64,000 bases of DNA from Fibrobacteria bacterium. Its GTDB lineage: Bacteria; Fibrobacterota; Fibrobacteria; UBA11236; JADFYW01. Below, one piece after another: positions 29,512-39,071 of the stretch. How positions within the stretch are numbered: the stretch's first letter is position 1; the number at the start of each line of letters is the position of its first letter. The position numbers and the translations under genes are program-made. Under the pieces are notes generated by a model. It did no database searches. It had not been told where the DNA came from and saw only the letters and a list, made by a program, of their open reading frames with translations. Location: NCBI GenBank assembly GCA_050294405.1, contig JBNKOC010000008.1:1-64000 (forward strand), written 5' to 3'.

Positions 29512-30666
29512 ATGAGCAATAACGGAAAATTAAATGTGGCAATCGTTGGATTGGGCTTTGGGGCCGAATTCATTCCAATTTACCAACGGCATCCCGATGC
29601 CAATATGTATGCAATCTGTCAGCGAAATGAAGAAAGCCTTAACAAAATTGGCGATACTTTTGGAATTGAAAAACGCTACGCCAAATTCGAAGATTTGTTA
29701 GCCGATCCGGATGTAGATGCAGTACACATCAACTCTCCAATCGGTTTGCACGCCGAGCAGTCCATAGCTGCCTTAAAAGCCGGTAAACATGTGGCATGTA
29801 CTGTTCCCATGGCTACAAGCGTGGAAGATTGCAAGAAAATTGTGGAAGCGCAGGAAGAGTCTGGAAAGCTATACATGATGATGGAAACCGTTGTATATAG
29901 CCGTGAATATCTTTTTGTAAAAGAACTTTACGACAAAGGAGAATTGGGTAAAGTTCAATTTTTGCAAGCTAGCCATCAGCAGGACATGGACGGTTGGCCT
30001 TCATACTGGGAAGGGATGCCTCCTATGCACTATGCGACCCACTGTGTGGCTCCATGTTTAGCATTAACCGGTGGTGAAGCTGAATATGTATCTTGCTTTG
30101 GTTCCGGAACCATTCGCAAAGAGCTAATTGAAAAATATAATTCCCCTTTCGCCATCGAGGATGTTCATATTAAAATTAAAGATTCTGACTTGAGCGCCCG
30201 TGTGTATCGTTCTCTTTTTGATACAGCCCGTCAGTATCGCGAAAGCTTTGATGTATATGGCTCTAAAAAATCTTTCGAATGGCAATTGCAGGAAACAGAT
30301 AAGCCTATTATCCATACTGCCAAAAAGCCAGAACCTGAAATCCCTGAAAATGTGGAAGTTCCAGATTATGCAAAATATTTGCCCAAGGAAATCCAACCAT
30401 TCACCACAGGCGGAGTATATGATGACGGCGACAATCAACATCTTTCTTTTACTCAAGGTAGTGGCCATGGCGGCTCTCATCCTCATTTGGTACATAATTT
30501 TGTGGATGCCATCGTGAATAACGGGGAAGCCTATCCCAATGCCAGACAATCCGCCAATATAACCTGCGTGGGAATTTTAGCTCACGAATCCGCTTTAAAG
30601 GGCGGAGAGCTTATTAAACTTCCCGAATTTACTTTCGTAAATAAGGGTGAAGCTGTTTCTGCATAG
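29512..30666 (+). CDS. Gfo/Idh/MocA family NAD(P)-dependent oxidoreductase
   Basis: VAIVGLGFG Rossmann motif, AGKHVACTVPMA, MHYATH; GGAG RBS favours ATG 29512. Confidence 0.92.
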   Translation: MSNNGKLNVAIVGLGFGAEFIPIYQRHPDANMYAICQRNEESLNKIGDTFGIEKRYAKFEDLLADPDVDAVHINSPIGLHAEQSIAALKAGKHVACTVPMATSVEDCKKIVEAQEESGKLYMMMETVVYSREYLFVKELYDKGELGKVQFLQASHQQDMDGWPSYWEGMPPMHYATHCVAPCLALTGGEAEYVSCFGSGTIRKELIEKYNSPFAIEDVHIKIKDSDLSARVYRSLFDTARQYRESFDVYGSKKSFEWQLQETDKPIIHTAKKPEPEIPENVEVPDYAKYLPKEIQPFTTGGVYDDGDNQHLSFTQGSGHGGSHPHLVHNFVDAIVNNGEAYPNARQSANITCVGILAHESALKGGELIKLPEFTFVNKGEAVSA

Positions 30667-30686
30667 TAAGCAAACTCAAATTATTT

Positions 30687-30716
30687 AAAAAACGGGCTTT
30701 TTAGCCCGTTTTTTTT
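30687..30716 (+). terminator. Intrinsic terminator
   Basis: AAAAAACGGGCT-TTTT-AGCCCGTTTTTTTT. Confidence 0.85.
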
Positions 30717-30733
30717 ATGAAAAAAAATAAAAT

Positions 30734-30761
30734 TAAAGTTCTGTCCTTCCGAGACCGATAA
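30734..30761 (+). promoter_or_regulatory. sigma28 (FliA)-type promoter of the flagellin
   Basis: TAAAG-N15-ACCGATAA against the consensus TAAAG-N15-GCCGATAA. Confidence 0.7.
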
Positions 30762-30790
30762 TGTTAGTGGTGAATTGCATGCAAAAATGA

Positions 30791-30828
30791 AAGCCCATGG
30801 ACAGGGCTTGAAGGAGGACAAGGATGTT
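30791..30828 (+). promoter_or_regulatory. CsrA-type GGA hairpins in the flagellin 5' leader
   Basis: AAGCCC-ATGGACA-GGGCTT and GACA-AGGA-TGTT (matches ACARGGAUGU). Confidence 0.65.
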
Positions 30829-30918
30829 CAATCGTAAAATTTCTGGAATGGTGCCCAGGTTATGGGTTTTTTGGCGTATTTCGCGCGTTTGATTTAAAAT
30901 AAGCAGTTAGAGTTTTCC

Positions 30919-32622
30919 ATGCGGATCCAGTTCGATCCAGCTTCTAATTGGCTATTGGCAAGCAGGTTGGGAAACCAAAACCAGCTTTCTAATGCATTGG
31001 AAAGATTATCTACAGGTCTAAGAATAAACAGGGCCAGTGATGATGCTGCAGGCTTATCCATTTCAGAAAACCTCCGTAGCCAAATCCAAGGAGATAGGCA
31101 GGCCTCTCGTAATGTCCAAGATGCCATATCCCTGGGGAAGATAGCCGAAGGAGCCATGCAGGAGGTAGGCGATATCCTCCAACGCCTGCGAGAGCTAGCC
31201 CTTCAGGCAAATTCTGATACCCTTACCAACACTGAGCGCCAATACCTGCAAACAGAGATGGATGCATTGGTGGAGCAAGTGGACCAAATTAATGAATCCA
31301 CTCAATTCAATAGCATATATGTCCTTCAAGCCAACGTGGATGAAGCTGTATATGAACAGCTACAGGAAGGTCTTCTCCAAACATGGTTGGAAGACAGTTT
31401 GAATAGAGTCACTTCGGCTATTGGTCTAAGTGCAAATAACGTGGATTTGGAAATTATTATAGAAGGAGACTTGGGAAGTACTTCGGCCTATGTATCTGGA
31501 ACTGGGATAGGAGAGCCCATGGAATTGCATATTAATGCCTCCGATCCCAGTTTTAGTGGGGGCTATGACGCTGTTACTAACCCCAGTGGAGGGGATGCAA
31601 CCGTAGGTTCCGTATATAAAGCAGACAGGGTAATAGCCCATGAATTAACCCATGCTGTCATGATGCAAAATATCGATTTAAACAATACGGTTTATGATCC
31701 TTCTCAATCTAAGTCCGATAATACCTGGTTCCTGGAGGGGGTTGCTGAATATATACATGGCGCAGATGAGAGGTTGAAAACGGAATTGGGAGTGGTCAAC
31801 CCCTCGCGCCCACTAATTAGAAATTTTATTACGAATAATGCATTAAGTGGCTCTTGGACTGGGTCAAGTGGTCAATATGCAAATGCATACGCATTTGTTA
31901 AATATCTTGATTCGTTGGCAACAGGAGGGGTGCAAGGTATTATTAGCGATTTAGCAGCGGGCATAAATTTGGACCAATCTCTTATAAATAGAACAAGTCC
32001 AACATTTGATGTAAGTGGTCATTTAAATAATTATGAAACCCTAAGTGTAGGTGCTTTTTTTATTGAAGCCATGACGTTTGATGGACCATCAGTAAATTCT
32101 CCTGAGACAGATACGGGGGCACTTGGATTATCTGCCAATTCAGAGGATGTTATTGCCAATTCTATTGATGCTAGTGCAACCAATCCTACTTCTTTTAATA
32201 TTAGTTTTGAACCTGCTACCACAGCTCTAACAATGATGGTTGGATCAAATCCCGATGCCAGCAATCAATTGGAAGTCTCGACCTATAGTGCAAGCTCCAG
32301 GGCTCTTAGTATTTACAATCTTGATGTGGTAAGCGATGCTTCTAGCAGAAACGAAGCAGTTAGTTCCATTGACGAGGCCATTGGCAGGTTAAATTCTAAA
32401 CGCTCAAGTTGGGGAGCTACTATAAACAGGTTATCGAGTATTGAAAACAGTTTGGCTGTATCCCAATTTAATAAACAAGATGCGGAATCCAGAATCCGCG
32501 ATGCCGACATGGCATGGGAAATGACGCAATTCACCAAAGCGCAAATCCTCCAAAATGTCCAGATGTCTGTATTATCCAAATCCAATTTAGCCAGGGAAGG
32601 GGTTTTTAATTTATTGATGTAG
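30919..32622 (+). CDS. fliC: Flagellin with a central zinc metallopeptidase domain (flagellinolysin)
   Basis: Flagellin_N LERLSTGLRINRASDDAAGL; Flagellin_C SRIRDADMA.EMTQFTKAQIL; insert DRVIAHELTHAVM..WFLEGVAEYIHGADER. Confidence 0.93.
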   Translation: MRIQFDPASNWLLASRLGNQNQLSNALERLSTGLRINRASDDAAGLSISENLRSQIQGDRQASRNVQDAISLGKIAEGAMQEVGDILQRLRELALQANSDTLTNTERQYLQTEMDALVEQVDQINESTQFNSIYVLQANVDEAVYEQLQEGLLQTWLEDSLNRVTSAIGLSANNVDLEIIIEGDLGSTSAYVSGTGIGEPMELHINASDPSFSGGYDAVTNPSGGDATVGSVYKADRVIAHELTHAVMMQNIDLNNTVYDPSQSKSDNTWFLEGVAEYIHGADERLKTELGVVNPSRPLIRNFITNNALSGSWTGSSGQYANAYAFVKYLDSLATGGVQGIISDLAAGINLDQSLINRTSPTFDVSGHLNNYETLSVGAFFIEAMTFDGPSVNSPETDTGALGLSANSEDVIANSIDASATNPTSFNISFEPATTALTMMVGSNPDASNQLEVSTYSASSRALSIYNLDVVSDASSRNEAVSSIDEAIGRLNSKRSSWGATINRLSSIENSLAVSQFNKQDAESRIRDADMAWEMTQFTKAQILQNVQMSVLSKSNLAREGVFNLLM

Positions 32623-32655
32623 TGCCAGCAAAAAAAAAATAAGTACCTTTTTAGC

Positions 32656-33285
32656 ATGAAAAAAGCTGAAAAAGTTGCTTTTATTTTAGAGACTCTGGAG
32701 AGCCTTTATCCAAACCCCCAGGTGCCGTTAAACCATAAGGATGCTTATACATTGTTGGTGGCAGTTTTGCTTTCGGCCCAATGTACCGATGAGCGGGTGA
32801 ACAAGGTAACTCCCTACTTGTTTAAGCTGGCTAACACATCAAAGAAAATGGCTCAATTAAGCCAGTCTCAAATTTTGGAGATTATCAGACCTTGTGGGCT
32901 AGGTCCGGCCAAATCAAAGGCCATTTTGGAATTATCCAAAATAATTGAAAAAAAGTTTCATGGTAAAGTCCCCGCAAACATGGAGGAACTGGAATCTCTT
33001 CCCGGAGTCGGACACAAAACAGCAAGTGTGGTAATGATCCAGGCTTTTAATACTCCAGCTTTTCCAGTAGATACACATATACATAGGCTGCTTTACCGTT
33101 GGGGAATTTCCAATGGGAAAAATGTTATGCAAACGGAAAAAGATGCAAAAAGACTTTTTCCCGAAGAAAGTTGGATAAAACTACATTTACAAATTATTTA
33201 TTTTGGAAGAGAATATTGCCCTGCCCGGGGCCATATCCCTGAAAATTGCCCTATATGCTCTGTCATAGGAAGAAAAAACATGTAG
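32656..33285 (+). CDS. nth: Endonuclease III
   Basis: LLVAVLLSAQCTDERVN, HhH LPGVGHKTA, VDTHIHR, C-terminal Cys cluster. Confidence 0.95.
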   Translation: MKKAEKVAFILETLESLYPNPQVPLNHKDAYTLLVAVLLSAQCTDERVNKVTPYLFKLANTSKKMAQLSQSQILEIIRPCGLGPAKSKAILELSKIIEKKFHGKVPANMEELESLPGVGHKTASVVMIQAFNTPAFPVDTHIHRLLYRWGISNGKNVMQTEKDAKRLFPEESWIKLHLQIIYFGREYCPARGHIPENCPICSVIGRKNM

Positions 33286-33292
33286 GCCTATT

Positions 33293-34042
33293 TTGGATAA
33301 AAAAAAGTTTGTAAATAATTTTTGGTCCTCCGTAGGCGCGAGGCCAGCTGCTGCTAGCTTATTTGATTATACTTCGGATTTGTATTATTTCGCAAAAAAC
33401 ATTTCCCATCAATTTGTCCGGGTGAATAAAAATATGGTGGTAAAATTAATGGGGTTTGAAAATGAAGAAGAATGTATTGGTCTGACTGATTTGGATATTT
33501 GGCCAAAATTTCTTTCCCAGAAATATATTGATGATGATAAGCTTGTATTTCGTTCTGCCAAGCCGGTGGCGAATAGGATTGAATTGATCTTACGGGAAGA
33601 TAAAACAATTGATTGGTTTTATACCACGAAAATACCCCTGTTTGACTTTGAGGGTAATGTTATTGGCGTAGAGGGTTTTAGCCGTTATGTTAAAAAAGCC
33701 AATTCGGACATGGATCCCATAATGAAAATGCCCGAAGTAATGGATTACATAATGAACAACTATTTTAACCCCATTGAAGTTAAAACTTTGGCTCAAAAAA
33801 TGAACCTTTCTGTTAAGCAGTTTGAACGCAATTTTAAAAAAATTTATGGCACCACACCCATTAAGTATATCACAAAAATTAGAATAGATGTAGCTTGCCA
33901 AATGTTGGCGCAAAATCAAATCAGCATTTCGGAAATAGCCTTACAAACTGGCTTCTACGATGCCAGTCATTTCTCAAATCAATTTCAAAAAACCATTGGT
34001 CAATCTCCCAAAAGCTATCGGGAAAAATTTAAAAATGTTTGA
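33293..34042 (+). CDS. PAS-domain AraC family transcriptional regulator
   Basis: PAS_4-like N-terminus (YFAKN..FVRVN..IGLTDLDIWP..TTKIPL); AraC HTH ISEIALQTGFYDASHFSNQF. Confidence 0.9.
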   Translation: MDKKKFVNNFWSSVGARPAAASLFDYTSDLYYFAKNISHQFVRVNKNMVVKLMGFENEEECIGLTDLDIWPKFLSQKYIDDDKLVFRSAKPVANRIELILREDKTIDWFYTTKIPLFDFEGNVIGVEGFSRYVKKANSDMDPIMKMPEVMDYIMNNYFNPIEVKTLAQKMNLSVKQFERNFKKIYGTTPIKYITKIRIDVACQMLAQNQISISEIALQTGFYDASHFSNQFQKTIGQSPKSYREKFKNV

Positions 34043-34066
34043 CGTTGTCTTGGTTAAAGGAAAAAA

Positions 34067-34906
34067 TTGGATAGTTCGCTTTTAAATATTGAAAAAGTCC
34101 GAGGACAAAGCAGAATCGTTGGAGCTAAAAGTATTGCACCTTTAAAAATGCTTTTTCCGAATTTAAGCTCTGAATTTAGTACGACAATACTTTCAAGCTA
34201 TGGTGGAGGAACCCTGCAAGGAGATATGGTTCGTCTTGATGTGGGAGTGGGCAAAGAAGCAAAGCTGTTTTTGGGCAATCAAGCCTGGAGCCGTTTGTAT
34301 AAAAATGAGGGTGGGGGAAAGGCTTGCCTCGAAATAAATGGAAGGCTTGAGGAAACATCCCAGGCTCATGTGTTTCCCGAATTTACTATTCCACAGGCAA
34401 AAAGCGATTTTGAAAACAGCCAAAATTGGGATTTAAAACCAGGCTCCCTTTTATTTTTGGTGGATGGCTTTGTGGCCGGTAGAATTCAAAATGGAGAAAA
34501 GTTTCAATACACGCGATATAAATCAGAAGTAAAAATCCATTTTAACTCCAAACTATTGTTAAAAGACGTGTTTGTATCGCAGCCTGAAATAGACTTTCCC
34601 CAATTTAGCGGTAACTTCGGAAAAAATATAGGCTATGTAAACAGTTATCTCGTGGGAAATTTTGACTCTTCTGCATATCAAACAATTTCCAAGGGAATCC
34701 AGGAATCATTAACAAATTTTAAAGAGCAACAAGAAAAATCAGAAAATACTATTTTGCTCAGTTGGGATGCTCCAAAAGAAAATTTGTTAGTTACAAGAGC
34801 TGTTAGTTCATCAATCCAATCTTTAAAAGATTGGATTGCTCTATTGGTTCAGCTACTAGCCAGGCCAAATGTATTGGGTATTAATCCTTTGAGCCGAAAG
34901 TATTAA
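34067..34906 (+). CDS. ureD: Urease accessory protein UreD
   Basis: PLKML..SSYGGGTLQGD..NQAWSRLYK..AGRIQNGEKF; adjacent to the urease cluster. Confidence 0.85.
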   Translation: MDSSLLNIEKVRGQSRIVGAKSIAPLKMLFPNLSSEFSTTILSSYGGGTLQGDMVRLDVGVGKEAKLFLGNQAWSRLYKNEGGGKACLEINGRLEETSQAHVFPEFTIPQAKSDFENSQNWDLKPGSLLFLVDGFVAGRIQNGEKFQYTRYKSEVKIHFNSKLLLKDVFVSQPEIDFPQFSGNFGKNIGYVNSYLVGNFDSSAYQTISKGIQESLTNFKEQQEKSENTILLSWDAPKENLLVTRAVSSSIQSLKDWIALLVQLLARPNVLGINPLSRKY

Positions 34907-34923
34907 AAACAACTTAGAATACT

Positions 34924-35109
34924 TTATTTTGCCTCAGCCTTCATGCTTCTAAAAGCAAAATAAAACATGGAAAGCGCTAAAGCCCAAATTATAATAACAG
35001 GAGCCAAATTATCGCTTAAATGCAACTTCTCGTTTAAATGGCCCGGATGGCTGAAGAGGCTTGTGCAGCTTAGTAAAGTTGCAGATATAATAAAAAATGA
35101 TTTTTTCAT
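34924..35109 (-). CDS. Small exported/membrane peptide with predicted mature N-terminus HPGH
   Basis: Signal peptide, HPGH, one TM helix; AGGA RBS 14 nt after the ureG stop. Confidence 0.6.
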   Translation of the reverse strand: MKKSFFIISATLLSCTSLFSHPGHLNEKLHLSDNLAPVIIIWALALSMFYFAFRSMKAEAK

Positions 35110-35123
35110 AAATATTTCCTTAG

Positions 35124-35876
35124 TTAATGGGCATGGGCGGTCGAAACCTCTTCCGCTGCTTTGTATGCAGCCAAAATGTGGTTGGCTACCAGTTCAATTC
35201 CATCGCTTTGCTTGATACATGTAAATATGGTGGGACCGTCTCCCCTCATTTTTTTTGCATCTCTTTGCATTACATTTAAACTTGCACCTACCAATTCTGC
35301 CAAATCAATTTTGTTAATCATAAGCAGGTCGGACTGGGTAATTCCCGGACCGCCTTTTCTGGGGATTTTGTCTCCACCAGATACATCTATTACATATATA
35401 GAGTAATCCACCAATTCCATGCTGTAATGTGCAGCCAGATTATCGCCCCCACTTTCCACAAATAAAAAATCAATGTCCCCATTAAAACGGGTCATTAAAT
35501 CTTCTAATGCGGTTAAATTTAGCGAAATATCTTCCCTAATTGCTGCGTGGGGGCAGCCTCCCGTTTCCACTCCCATAATTCTATCTGAGGGTAGGGCATT
35601 ATTTCGCAGCAAAAATTCAGCATCTTCCCGGGTGAAAATATCATTTGTTACTACTCCCAAACTGTAGTTATTTCTCCAATATTCACAAATTGCTTTTAAC
35701 AACGCTGTTTTACCACTGCCAACGGGTCCGCCAATCCCTATGGTAAAAGCTCTTTCTTTAAAGTTGCGTTTTGGGTCGAGGCGGTCGCGATTTTTAAATT
35801 CTCCGGGATTGTCCCAATTCTCATGGCTGTGCCCATGGGAATGATCTCCATGTAAATGATATCGAATGGATTTCAT
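35124..35876 (-). CDS. ureG: Urease accessory GTPase UreG with His-rich N-terminus
   Basis: [43 protein letters not shown]. Confidence 0.97.
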   Translation of the reverse strand: MKSIRYHLHGDHSHGHSHENWDNPGEFKNRDRLDPKRNFKERAFTIGIGGPVGSGKTALLKAICEYWRNNYSLGVVTNDIFTREDAEFLLRNNALPSDRIMGVETGGCPHAAIREDISLNLTALEDLMTRFNGDIDFLFVESGGDNLAAHYSMELVDYSIYVIDVSGGDKIPRKGGPGITQSDLLMINKIDLAELVGASLNVMQRDAKKMRGDGPTIFTCIKQSDGIELVANHILAAYKAAEEVSTAHAH

Positions 35877-35894
35877 AGCTATATATAACTCCGC

Positions 35895-36572
35895 TTAATT
35901 TTGAAATAATTTGCTGTATAATTCATGATGGGATGTTTGGCATAAATCAATGCTTACTGCTGACTTATAAGCCTCCTTAAAATGCATTTCTTTAGATATG
36001 TCTAAATACTTTTGTAGTTGAGGGTATATTTCCTTCTGCAATAGATTTCCGCTCATGGAACCGAGAATGCCCAAACGTATTGCAGCATTAATTTGATCTC
36101 TTAAGTTTAACCACATAAATAGCTGCTTAATTGTGTCCAGTTCTATTTTTATTGATAATAAGCTAAGCCCAAAAATAGGAGTAAAGTAAGCAGGTATTTT
36201 TTTTTGTGCAATGTATTGTTGTAAATTTTCAATCCAGGTATTCTTATACAAATGCTTCAATAATCGAATCCATGAGCGCCCTAAAATTAAATTGCCTTTG
36301 GAAAGGCTGCTGGAAATCTGGGTAGCCTCATAATCCAAAAACAATTCTTCCAAGGGTGAAAAATCCCATGCTTCAAAAATGCTTTGGCAAGAATTTAGGT
36401 AAGGAATTTCTGCTGTTGATAATTGACGAAGATAACTATGTAAATAGTTTTCAAATTCTTTCTCATCGGCAATTATTTTTTTTTGATAAGCAGCTTCTAA
36501 CCCCTGGCTAAACGCATACCCTCCGGCCGGTAATGCCGAATCCACAAAATGCCAAATTTCAAAGGGACTCAT
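35895..36572 (-). CDS. ureF: Urease accessory protein UreF
   Basis: DSALPAGGYAFSQGLE, AAIRLGILG, HHELYSKLFQN. Confidence 0.93.
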   Translation of the reverse strand: MSPFEIWHFVDSALPAGGYAFSQGLEAAYQKKIIADEKEFENYLHSYLRQLSTAEIPYLNSCQSIFEAWDFSPLEELFLDYEATQISSSLSKGNLILGRSWIRLLKHLYKNTWIENLQQYIAQKKIPAYFTPIFGLSLLSIKIELDTIKQLFMWLNLRDQINAAIRLGILGSMSGNLLQKEIYPQLQKYLDISKEMHFKEAYKSAVSIDLCQTSHHELYSKLFQN

Positions 36573-36574
36573 AT

Positions 36575-38284
36575 TTAAAACAAGCTATATAACTGGGTTA
36601 GTGGAAGTTTATCCAAGGGCTCACAGGTTAAAATTTCTCCATCGGCTTTTACCACATAAGTTTCCGGGTCCACTTCCATTTTTGGAAGGTAATCATTATG
36701 TATCATATCTTTCTTTCCTATATCTCTGCAATGAGAAACAGCTACGCAATTCTTAGCTAACCCATACTCCTCAATTTTATTCAGAGAAGCCTTGGAAACA
36801 AAGGACATGGAAACAGCAGCGGCACTTTTGTTAAAAGATCCAAACATTGGGCGCTGGTATACAGGCTGGGGAGTGGGAATAGAAGCGTTGGCATCTCCCA
36901 TTTGACTATAGGCAATGATTCCGCCTTTAACCACAATTTCTGGTTTGCTACCAAAAAAACCAGGTTTCCAAAGTACTAAGTCAGCCAATTTTCCTTTTTC
37001 TACGGAGCCAATATGGGCGCTCATTCCGTGGGCGATGGCCGGGTTTATGGTGATTTTAGATATGTATCTTTTCACCCGGAAATTATCGTTGCCTGCGGCT
37101 TTGTCTTCGGGTAAAGTCCCTCGCTGCACTTTCATTTTGTGCGCAGTTTGCCATGTTCTGCAAACAACCTCTCCAATGCGGCCCATGGCCTGGCTATCCG
37201 AAGCTATAATAGAGATGGCGCCTAAATCGTGAAGGATATCTTCAGCTGCAATAGTTTCTTTTCTGATTCGGCTTTCCGCAAAGGCCACATCTTCCATTAT
37301 TTTTTTGTCCAAATGATGGCAAACCATTAACATATCCACATGTTCGTCAATCGTATTGACCGTATAGGGGCGGGTAGGGTTTGTGGAAGAGGGAATAACA
37401 TTGGCCTCGCCGCAGAGTTTTATGATATCAGGGGCATGGCCTCCGCCTGCTCCTTCGGTATGATAGGTGTGGATGGTTCTGCCTCTAAAGGCAGCCCTTG
37501 ATTTTTCGACAAATCCCGATTCATTTAATGTGTCTGTATGTATACAGACTTGGATGTCAAATTCATCGGCAACCGTTAAACAACTGTCTATTGCTGCCGG
37601 CGTTGTCCCCCAATCTTCATGAAGTTTGAGCCCGCAGGCTCCCGCTGCAATCTGTTCAGGAAGCCCATCTCTCAAGCTAGAGTTACCTTTACCTAAAAAA
37701 CCAAAGTTAAGGGGCCAACTGTCATTGGCTTGTAACATCATTTTTATATAAAATTCACCTGGGGTACAAGTAGTGGCGTTGGTGCCGGTAGCTGGTCCAG
37801 TTCCGCCACCAAGTAAAGTGGTGATTCCTGAAGCAATGGCTTCTTCAATTTGCTGAGGACAAATATAATGGACGTGGACATCCAGGGCGCCAGCCGTTAA
37901 AACCATTCCTTCTCCGGCAATAACCTCCGTGGTAACCCCCACAATTAAATCGGGATGCACACCAGGCATAATATCGGGGTTTCCGGCTTTCCCTATGCCT
38001 TTAATGCGACCATTTTTAACACCGACATCAGCTTTATAAATACCTGAGTGATCGATAATAAGGGCATTTGTAATCACCAAATCCAAGGCCTTCTCCTGAG
38101 AGACGCCACTTGCCTGGCCCATTCCGTCTCTTAGTACCTTTCCTCCGCCGAATTTGCATTCTTCGCCATATATGGTGAGATCTTTTTCCACCTCAATTAC
38201 AAGGCCGGTATCACCCAGGTACATTTTATCCCCGGTGGTGGGGCCATACATATCCGCATATGCTTTGCGATTGATTATGCTCAT
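36575..38284 (-). CDS. ureC: Urease alpha subunit
   Basis: [51 protein letters not shown]. Confidence 0.99.
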   Translation of the reverse strand: MSIINRKAYADMYGPTTGDKMYLGDTGLVIEVEKDLTIYGEECKFGGGKVLRDGMGQASGVSQEKALDLVITNALIIDHSGIYKADVGVKNGRIKGIGKAGNPDIMPGVHPDLIVGVTTEVIAGEGMVLTAGALDVHVHYICPQQIEEAIASGITTLLGGGTGPATGTNATTCTPGEFYIKMMLQANDSWPLNFGFLGKGNSSLRDGLPEQIAAGACGLKLHEDWGTTPAAIDSCLTVADEFDIQVCIHTDTLNESGFVEKSRAAFRGRTIHTYHTEGAGGGHAPDIIKLCGEANVIPSSTNPTRPYTVNTIDEHVDMLMVCHHLDKKIMEDVAFAESRIRKETIAAEDILHDLGAISIIASDSQAMGRIGEVVCRTWQTAHKMKVQRGTLPEDKAAGNDNFRVKRYISKITINPAIAHGMSAHIGSVEKGKLADLVLWKPGFFGSKPEIVVKGGIIAYSQMGDANASIPTPQPVYQRPMFGSFNKSAAAVSMSFVSKASLNKIEEYGLAKNCVAVSHCRDIGKKDMIHNDYLPKMEVDPETYVVKADGEILTCEPLDKLPLTQLYSLF

Positions 38285-38312
38285 GTTTATTCCGCCTTTA
38301 ATTCCGTTAACT

Positions 38313-39047
38313 TCAGGGAAGGTCTTTTTCTAATCTTTCCAATGCAGGTTCTAACTCTTTAGAGCCGCGAGTCCAATTATTTCCTCCGTGGACAATCTGC
38401 TTACCGGAGATTTTTACCAGAGAAACTTTTTTAATATCACCAGGTTCAAAACGAATGGCCGTACCTGAAGGTATATCTAAACGAAATCCAAAAGCTGATT
38501 TTCTATCGAACTTTAAGGCGGGATTTGTTTCGAAAAAGTTGTAATGACTTCCCACTTGGATGGGCCTATCCCCAGAATTGGTGACTTCCAATTCAATGAC
38601 TTCCCTTCCTTCGTTCAGAGAAATTTCTTTATCCTGAGTTTGGACTTCGCCGGGAATATGCTCTTGTGATTCTTCTACGGATTTAACCACAGGATTATAG
38701 CTGAGACCAGAACCGTATAAGGCTAAATTCATATCGCCCTTTTCACTGGAAATGGGTTGGTGGATTGTGACTAGCTTTGTGCCATCTGGAAAAGTCCCTT
38801 CCACTTGGACTTCGTGAATGAGATCTCCAACTCCAGGCATTACATCGGAAAAACCCAATAGTTTTTTCCCTTTGTCCATTAGCTCGGCCACAGATTCCCC
38901 TTCGCGAATCCATTCCAATGTTTGGCTGGCAATTAGGGCCACAGATTCGGGGTAATTTAATTTGATTCCGCGAGCGAGGCGTTTTTGAGAAAGAAAGCCT
39001 GCATTGTGGAGCAATAACTTATCGATTTCCTTTGGGGAAAGGTGCAT
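38313..39047 (-). CDS. ureAB: Urease gamma-beta fusion subunit
   Basis: Gamma part [20 protein letters not shown] fused in one ORF to beta part [28 protein letters not shown]. Confidence 0.96.
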   Translation of the reverse strand: MHLSPKEIDKLLLHNAGFLSQKRLARGIKLNYPESVALIASQTLEWIREGESVAELMDKGKKLLGFSDVMPGVGDLIHEVQVEGTFPDGTKLVTIHQPISSEKGDMNLALYGSGLSYNPVVKSVEESQEHIPGEVQTQDKEISLNEGREVIELEVTNSGDRPIQVGSHYNFFETNPALKFDRKSAFGFRLDIPSGTAIRFEPGDIKKVSLVKISGKQIVHGGNNWTRGSKELEPALERLEKDLP

Positions 39048-39071
39048 AAGCGTTTCCTTTTTTCGTTTACC

